A stretch of DNA of 64,000 nucleotides. It comes from an uncultured Phycisphaerales bacterium (GTDB lineage: Bacteria; Planctomycetota; B15-G4; CAYZWU01). A program made the translations under genes and the position numbers. Where the stretch lies: positions 34,067 to 98,066 of the forward strand of contig CAZIUL010000007.1 of the NCBI GenBank assembly GCA_964542475.1, read 5' to 3'. Under the pieces are notes generated by a model. That model did not search any database, was not told the DNA's origin, and was given only the letters and a program-made list of their open reading frames with translations. This document shows positions 57,721 to 64,000 of the stretch, one piece after another; position 1 is the first letter of the stretch, and every line of letters starts with the position of its first letter.

Positions 57721-59280
57721 TTACTCCACTTCGAAAGTACAGAGGTTGGTCAGTTTATAACCGATCATCGCCTGGAAGTAAACTGTGTAGGGGCCGGGAG
57801 GAGCAGGCGGCACCGTACCCGGGTGCACGAGCACACCGCAGGAAGGGATCGAAGGAAGAGGAGGCAAAACGGCAAAAGGGAAGCTGATGTACCAGTCGCC
57901 GTACGCGCTCGGCAGGGGAGGATCATAAACGCTGAACCCGGCCACCAACCCTACCTGAGCGGTCAGGGGATCGCCGACGAATTTAAGCTCCACGCACTGG
58001 CCGGGGGAGGGATCGCCGGTGAAATAAAGATGCCTGTGAAATTCATCCGCCCCGATATCCGGTCCGGCTCCGAATGTACGCTCATCGTACTCGAAGTCGG
58101 TTTCCGGAAGCCCGGGGGCCAGGCTGTCCCCGGCATCTCTCAAAGGCGAGTGATGGAAGATGTGGAAATCGTTGCCCTCCGCATCGACAAAACATGGGTC
58201 ATCATCGATGTTGCCCGTTCCGGGGCAGCCGCCCTCCACGTCGCAGAACGAAACCAGAGGTGTACTGTTCATTGCCAACAACTGCTTGGGAACGTTTCCA
58301 TAGACGATGCAGTTCGTGATGCTGGGCGAGCTGTTATAGCAAGCAATGCCGTACGCCGAGTTTCCAAAGATGGTGTTGTTCGTGATCCTCATCGCCGAGG
58401 ACGTGGACATACACTTGATGCCGCCGCTCTTGTTGCCGTAGATGATGTTGTTGACGAAATCACCTTCTCCCATGAAGCTCTGGATGCCAACGGAAGCGTT
58501 GTCGTGGATGACGTTGCCGCGAACAGATGAATTCCCGTTACAAAAATAGAAGGCGCCGTAAAAGCCTAAGTTGGCAATAACCAGGTTGTTCTCCACAACC
58601 GGAAAGGAGTCTAAACACTCTATAGCGCCGGAGTGCCATGCGCCGTTGTTCTCCACAAAAACGTTGTAGGTTATGACAGGCCATGAGTCGACGCAATGCA
58701 TACCGGCTCCGCCGCACTTGCAATAGTTTCCCGAGATAATGTTTCCCTGGACCAGGGGTGAGGAGTCGGAGGAGTAAACCCCGCCGCCCTCGGCGCTTCA
58801 GTCCCAGGGCGGGCCGTTCTCAACGATCAGGTTGTCCTTTATCGATGGCGAGGATCCGTCCTTGCAGCAGATCCCGCTCCCGCGCGGGGACATGTTCTGA
58901 GTGATCACGTTGTTCGTGATCAAGGGCGCTGAACCGCCGCAAAAAATCCCGCCGCCCAGAGGAGACTTCCCGTTGCAAATGGTGAAGCGCTCAAGAACCG
59001 ATCCTTCCCCCTCCCCGCTTTCAAACGTCACAACACTGCCCGCCTCCAGGCCGTCGATGATCGACAACTGTGGGCCGTCCTCGCTGGTAAGTGTAATGGC
59101 CTTACCATTGAAATCGATGTTTTCCGCGTACGTTCCGGCAGCGACAAGAACCACATCACCGTCCGATGCCGCGTCGATGGCCCCCTGTATCGTGGGATAA
59201 TCCAGGGGCACATGAACAGTGGCTGCAAACGCGGCAGCCGTATGATACAGAACGATGCCGATGATGATTGTCTTTCTCAT
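57721..59280 (-). CDS. Secreted right-handed parallel beta-helix protein with in-frame TGA (candidate Sec161) and C-terminal domain
   Basis: ORFs 58798..59310 and 57721..58701 share a frame and are separated only by TGA (58800-58798) plus 32 sense codons that continue the repeat: NGPPWD-*-SAEGGGVYSSDSSPLVQGNIISGN. VPLDYPTIQGAID N-cap; RBS GGAGG and signal peptide at 59280. Confidence 0.8.
58760..58791 (-). promoter_or_regulatory. Candidate bacterial SECIS element
   Basis: After the UGA, +7 to +38 folds as GAGGG/CUCCUC-side, CGG/CCG and GGGG/CUCC stems, with G-U at the apex (+19/+20). Confidence 0.5.
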
Positions 59281-59414
59281 GCGATCCTCCGCAAAACACG
59301 CCGAGAACAACTACCAACAGGCTATCTGTCTATCCATGAGGGTTATAATAACCGAATATGCTTGTTTGTCGAGGATTTTCGCGCATGGACGGCCTCCGGC
59401 CTCAAGCCCGCTTA

Positions 59415-60953
59415 TTACATATACCCCAGCTCCATGAGCTGTTCGATCTCCTCGGCTGAAGGCTCTCCCGCCTCTCCTTTTTTGTTCAGGTCGAGAGTCC
59501 GCCCGCGTAAAAAAGCATCAAGAGATTTCTTCAGGCCGAGAGCCGGACCGCCGGCCTTTTCCGGATCAAGAGGGTGCTTTTCCCCGGGATCTTTCAGCAG
59601 ATCAAAAAAGCTCCACACCACCCCGCTGTCCCGTGACTCGCTCCGAATCAGCTTGTTTGTTCCGGACATGACAGCCGCGTGGTCGCCGTTCTCCAGGACC
59701 GTCTCGGAAAAAACCGGCCCACCTGCCGGGAGTTCAGCTCCCCCGCTCTTCAAAACGGGCCATAGCGAAACCCCGTCCAGGCCATCCGGTACCTGTATCC
59801 CCACAAGATCCAGAACGGTCGGATAGAGATCCACGAGGCTTACATGCTCAGAGGTCTCGCCTGTAAACGCCCCCCCTTCTTGCCGGGGCACGTGAAAAAT
59901 GAGCGGCACGCCGGTTTCTTCCTCAAACACGGAATGGCCGTGACCCCATTCGTTGTGTTCAAGAAAGGCCTCGCCGTGATCTGATGTCACCACAACCACC
60001 GTTTCATCCAGCAGTCCCTCCTCCTCGAGCACCGACAAAAATATCTTGAACGCGTTGTCGGTGTATGCCACCTCGGCATCGTAAAGCGAGATCAGGTACC
60101 TGATGCGCTTCATCAGCTCGGGATCGTCCGGCCCCTCGAAGTCCAGCCCGCCCTCGGGAAGCTCTCCAACGGACAGCTTGGGCGCCTTCCTGGCTATCAT
60201 ATCCTTCATCCAATCCTGGTCGTAATCGAAACGGAACGGTTCCCGCCCTCCGCTCGACTGCCATTTCCGGTACTGCTCCAGCCATAGCAGGATCTCCATC
60301 GGCTCCCCCCTTCTCGTGAAAGGGGCTGTGGGCCCCGGGTCGCCCGCGGCATAGTTTCGCCTGAACGCCTGCGGCGGGAAATAAGGCGAATGAGGGTCTA
60401 CAACATGAAGGTACAGGAAAAAACCACAGTCCTTGCGGCGCTGCTTCACCCACTCGATTGCTCCGTTGAACAGCTTGCACGCGGGACCGGCCGGCCACAC
60501 GAACTCGTCGAACCCCTGGTCAAAGTTGTAGTTCGGGATTATGTGGGGGTTCGTGACAAAAGCCGCGGTCCTGTACCCTTCTCCCTTGAAAAGCTCTGCC
60601 AGTGTATCGAACTCCTTGTCGAGATGGGTCATGTTTTTCAAGAACATCAACGATCCCACAGCGCCGTGCCTGCCCGGGTACAGCCCTGTCATCAAGGAAG
60701 CAACCGATGGCTTTGTCCATGTCGACGGCGCATGAGCGCGGCGAAAACAGAACCCATCCCCGGCGAATGCGTCGAGGGTGCGGCTCAGGCGCTTCTTGGC
60801 CCCGTACGCGCTGAGGCGGTCGCTCCGAAGGGTGTCGATGACCACAAAAACCACGTTGGCGCCTTCAGGCCGCGCATCCGGCCCACAGGCGGGAAAAAGC
60901 AGCGCTGCCAGCGCAAGAACGGCTGAAACAATCCGTTTTTCGGGGGTGGCCAT
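59415..60953 (-). CDS. Sulfatase-like hydrolase/transferase lipoprotein
   Basis: IDTLRSDR, STWTKPSVASLMTG, DPH and SDHGEAF motifs; C-terminal IEQLMELGY; lipobox-like FPAC. Confidence 0.88.
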   Translation of the reverse strand: MATPEKRIVSAVLALAALLFPACGPDARPEGANVVFVVIDTLRSDRLSAYGAKKRLSRTLDAFAGDGFCFRRAHAPSTWTKPSVASLMTGLYPGRHGAVGSLMFLKNMTHLDKEFDTLAELFKGEGYRTAAFVTNPHIIPNYNFDQGFDEFVWPAGPACKLFNGAIEWVKQRRKDCGFFLYLHVVDPHSPYFPPQAFRRNYAAGDPGPTAPFTRRGEPMEILLWLEQYRKWQSSGGREPFRFDYDQDWMKDMIARKAPKLSVGELPEGGLDFEGPDDPELMKRIRYLISLYDAEVAYTDNAFKIFLSVLEEEGLLDETVVVVTSDHGEAFLEHNEWGHGHSVFEEETGVPLIFHVPRQEGGAFTGETSEHVSLVDLYPTVLDLVGIQVPDGLDGVSLWPVLKSGGAELPAGGPVFSETVLENGDHAAVMSGTNKLIRSESRDSGVVWSFFDLLKDPGEKHPLDPEKAGGPALGLKKSLDAFLRGRTLDLNKKGEAGEPSAEEIEQLMELGYM

Positions 60954-60954
60954 T

Positions 60955-62493
60955 TTACAGGTAACCAAGTTTTCTAAGCTGTTCGATCTCCTCAGCGGAA
61001 GGCATGCCCATCTCCCCCTCCTTGTTGAAATCCAGTCGCCGGCCCCGGAAAAACCTCTCCAGGCGCTTCTTGAGCGCTATTCCGTCTTGTCCGGCATCGG
61101 ATAGGCGCATGGGCTCCTGCTCCTCCGGGTCTCTCTCAAGGTCGTAATACATCCACTTCACTCCCCCGTCGTTTCGCACCCAGCGCATGAGCTTCCTTCT
61201 CCCAAGCACAACGCTCGCGTGGTCCCCTGTGTCGAGAAACGATTCGGTAAAAACCGGACGCGCCCTCAATGCGGCTGTGTCCGCGCCATTTATGGCGGGC
61301 CACAGCGACACGCCGTCAAGGCCCGGGGTCTCGGGCAGATCCAGCATCTCCATCAGGGTTGGAAAGATATCGATGAGGCTGACCTGCTCGCTGATCACGC
61401 CTTTGAACGGGTCGCCTTCCGGACCCGGCACCCTGAATATAAGGGGCACGTCGATCTCCTCCCTGTGAACGGTCAAGCGGTGTCCCCAGAAATCGTGCTC
61501 CATGAAGCATTCGCCGTGATCCGAGGTCACGACCAGAACGCTCTCATCCAGAACTCCTTCGTCGCGCAGGTTCTCCACGAAACCATCAAGCGCGGTGTCC
61601 GAAAAAGCCACCTCGCCGTCGTAAAGCGCTGTGAGGTGATCGATCCTTTTCAAAAGCCTCGGATCGTCACGCCCCTTGAAATCGAGGAAGATTCTCGATT
61701 TGATGTCGTCCAGCGCCTGTCCGGGCGCGATCTGCTCGAGCCACTTGTTGACCTGTTCGGGCTCGAAAACATATTCGAAACCGCTGCCGTCCTCCGCTCC
61801 CCGATCGATGTACTGGTCCAGCCACAGAGTTATCTCCTCGAAGCGGCCGAGCCGGGTGAAAGGCGCCTTTGGAAGAGGCTTGCCTGGCGCGAACCTTTTC
61901 CTGTACACGGGCGGCGGAAAGTAAGGCGCGTGCGGATCTATCAGGTGAAGATAAAGGAAAAACTTCCTGCCATCATCCTGCTGCTTCTTTACCCATTCCG
62001 CGGCGCGTCCGAGCAGCTCATCAGCGAGCCCGGCAGGCTGCGTGAACTCGTCGAACCCCTGGTCGAAATGGTAGAACGGGATGATGTTAGCGTTGGTCAC
62101 GAACGCGGCGGTCTTGTACCCGGCTGTTTTGAAGCGCTCGGCCATGGTTGTGAAACGTTCCTCCAGAAACGCGAGATTCTGGTGGATCGTAAGATCACCG
62201 ATGGCGCCGTGGCAGCCGGGATAAAGCCCTGTGAGGAGCGATGCTACAGACGGCTTGGTCCAGGATGATGGAGCCACCGCGCCCTTGAAAAGCACTCCCT
62301 CCCTTGCGAGGCGGTCCATGCACGGGGTTGACCCCGCCCCATGACCGTTTATGCCAAGCCGGTCGTTTCGAAGCGTGTCCACAAGCACGATGATCACGTT
62401 CGTGTCCGGGGGCAGGCTCTTCCTGCCGCACGCGAACAACGCGGCCAGAACAACCGGCAGCAGAACGCCATAAGAAATAAAATGCTTGGCCAT
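60955..62493 (-). CDS. Sulfatase-like hydrolase/transferase lipoprotein (paralog of the adjacent gene)
   Basis: VDTLRNDR, SSWTKPSVASLLTG, DPH and SDHGECF motifs; C-terminal IEQLRKLGY; lipobox-like LFAC. Confidence 0.88.
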   Translation of the reverse strand: MAKHFISYGVLLPVVLAALFACGRKSLPPDTNVIIVLVDTLRNDRLGINGHGAGSTPCMDRLAREGVLFKGAVAPSSWTKPSVASLLTGLYPGCHGAIGDLTIHQNLAFLEERFTTMAERFKTAGYKTAAFVTNANIIPFYHFDQGFDEFTQPAGLADELLGRAAEWVKKQQDDGRKFFLYLHLIDPHAPYFPPPVYRKRFAPGKPLPKAPFTRLGRFEEITLWLDQYIDRGAEDGSGFEYVFEPEQVNKWLEQIAPGQALDDIKSRIFLDFKGRDDPRLLKRIDHLTALYDGEVAFSDTALDGFVENLRDEGVLDESVLVVTSDHGECFMEHDFWGHRLTVHREEIDVPLIFRVPGPEGDPFKGVISEQVSLIDIFPTLMEMLDLPETPGLDGVSLWPAINGADTAALRARPVFTESFLDTGDHASVVLGRRKLMRWVRNDGGVKWMYYDLERDPEEQEPMRLSDAGQDGIALKKRLERFFRGRRLDFNKEGEMGMPSAEEIEQLRKLGYL

Positions 62494-62729
62494 TAACACA
62501 ACATCCCACGAACGATGAAACAACAGCACAATTTTAAGAAAAGATTCCGGAGAGGCCAGATATATATTCTTATCGTCAGTTCGGCTCCCCCCCCCTCCGC
62601 TTCATTGCCTACCCGGGCTCATCGAAAATTTATACGTGGCGTCCTTAGAATCAGGAGTTATCATCTTCACGAACACAAAAAAACGCGCGTCCTGACTCGG
62701 AACCACGAAAAATCCCAAGGGTTATCTGC

Positions 62730-63809
62730 ATGCGGAAGAACAAACCGGTAAGATCCAGAAAGAGACGGCTCATCCGGCTGGTGCTGGCACTTGTGTTTTC
62801 GATCGTGCTGGTCGCCGTGCTGCTCGAAGCGGGCATCCGCGTGTTCGATCCGCTCGGGACCAGCCATTTCAGCGACATGATCCGCTACAACACCGTGCTG
62901 TGTAACGCGGTGGGACCGCCGCGGATACTCGTGCAAAAGCCGGGGTTCACAATGAAGTTCCGGGGTTTTGAGATCAGCACGAACAGTCTCGGGTTGAGGG
63001 GGCCTGAGCTCGCTGTTCCCAAGCCCGAGAACGAGTACCGCCTGCTCTTTCTAGGAGATTCTGTTGTGCTCGGCTGGGGAACCGGATACGAGGACCTCTT
63101 CACGGCACTGGCGCAGCAGGAGCTGAACGAGTCGGCTGAGCACGGCACAGGCAACAGGTACAGGTGCGTCAACTCCGGACACAACCAGTACGACACGACG
63201 CAGGAAGCCGCTCTCCTGGAGGAGTTAGGGGATTTGATCGAGCCGGACGCGCTCATCCTCGTCTACGTGAACAACGACGTGAACCTCACGATCAAGATCT
63301 GGAATACGCTGGTGGAGGCTGGTGAAGAGATCGAAAGAAACCCTCCATCATCCGCGACCCTTGTCAAGCAGAAGATTTCAGGCTGGCTGCGGGGAGCTTT
63401 CATGGGCATAAACAACATGCAGACCCTGCTCCTGCAAGGCCGCGACCTGGCAACAAAAGAGGAGAAGATCAAGGAAAAGCAGTCCGCTGTTGATGCCGAG
63501 GGTTGGGAAGCCTCGCGCGCGGCCCTGCTGGATATCAAGAGGTGGTGCGAAGACCGGGACATACCGTTCGTGGTGCTCAACCACACGCGGCCGGCTTCAG
63601 AAGGTAAGCCCGCGGAAATTGCCCCGCTCGTTCCGTTCCTGAAAAGCGAAGAAATCCCCTGCTTCGCGTTCCATTTCACGCAAGAAGAGATGGAGCTCCC
63701 CATACGCAACTCTTTCTCCGACGCGCACGCAAACGCTCGCGGGCAAAAGCTGCTGCTCGAAAAGTTGAGGCCAGCGCTCCGCTGTCTCGGGTTGAAGACC
63801 GGGCAGTAG
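62730..63809 (+). CDS. Membrane-anchored SGNH/GDSL hydrolase family protein
   Basis: N-terminal TM segment; NSLGLRG, LGDSVVLG, NSGHNQY, VNND and DAH motifs. Confidence 0.88.
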   Translation: MRKNKPVRSRKRRLIRLVLALVFSIVLVAVLLEAGIRVFDPLGTSHFSDMIRYNTVLCNAVGPPRILVQKPGFTMKFRGFEISTNSLGLRGPELAVPKPENEYRLLFLGDSVVLGWGTGYEDLFTALAQQELNESAEHGTGNRYRCVNSGHNQYDTTQEAALLEELGDLIEPDALILVYVNNDVNLTIKIWNTLVEAGEEIERNPPSSATLVKQKISGWLRGAFMGINNMQTLLLQGRDLATKEEKIKEKQSAVDAEGWEASRAALLDIKRWCEDRDIPFVVLNHTRPASEGKPAEIAPLVPFLKSEEIPCFAFHFTQEEMELPIRNSFSDAHANARGQKLLLEKLRPALRCLGLKTGQ

Positions 63810-63843
63810 AGATGCCCGCCATCGCATTTGTTTTTCGGCTTCC

Positions 63844-64000
63844 TGGAGGGCGGCAGTCTCTTGCCGCCTCTTCTCCTCCGGCGCCGACAAAGCGGCGCCC
63901 TCCATCGTTCAACCGGCGCATGACCATCTCCTGGAGGGCGGCAGTCTCTTGCCGCCTCTTCTCCTCCGGCGCCGACAAAGCGGCGCCCTCCATCGTTCAA
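63844..64000 (-). repeat. Tandem 88-bp REP-like A+B array running off the window end
   Basis: Type A at 63844 and 63932, type B (reverse) at 63880 and 63968; same family as 44579-44758 in the opposite orientation. Confidence 0.9.

Overview
Chromosomal, gene-dense bacterial DNA, GC-rich by eye. The gene mix (mcsA-mcsB-clpC, murD, Tat-exported Gfo/Idh/MocA and DUF362 proteins, ASPIC/FG-GAP and HEAT proteins, sulfatase-like proteins) suggests an uncultured Planctomycetota-like organism; this is inference. Content: the 5' end of pstS; a mannoside-utilisation locus (SSS transporter, GH38, GH130, CBM9-like); a serine hydrolase; an orphan LanC-like protein; a PLP racemase/dehydratase; tandem phosphohexomutases; mcsA-mcsB-clpC; murD; ileS and argS; FTCD; a prolyl oligopeptidase; two GT-C-like membrane proteins; an AmmeMemoRadiSam B-A fusion; DDAH; two DUF362 proteins; three sulfatase-like proteins; and an SGNH hydrolase. 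No rRNA, tRNA, CRISPR array or transposase was seen. Top finding: two unrelated secreted proteins (an FG-GAP repeat protein and a parallel beta-helix protein) are each split in the ORF track by one in-frame TGA. Each TGA is followed by a hairpin with bacterial SECIS-like geometry, so both are candidate extracellular selenoproteins. Each also ends in a ~100-130 aa C-terminal domain; the FG-GAP tail clearly resembles the tail of an M14 peptidase in the window. Intergenic regions carry several REP-like palindrome families, and one repeat copy appears to carry a captured gene 3' end.
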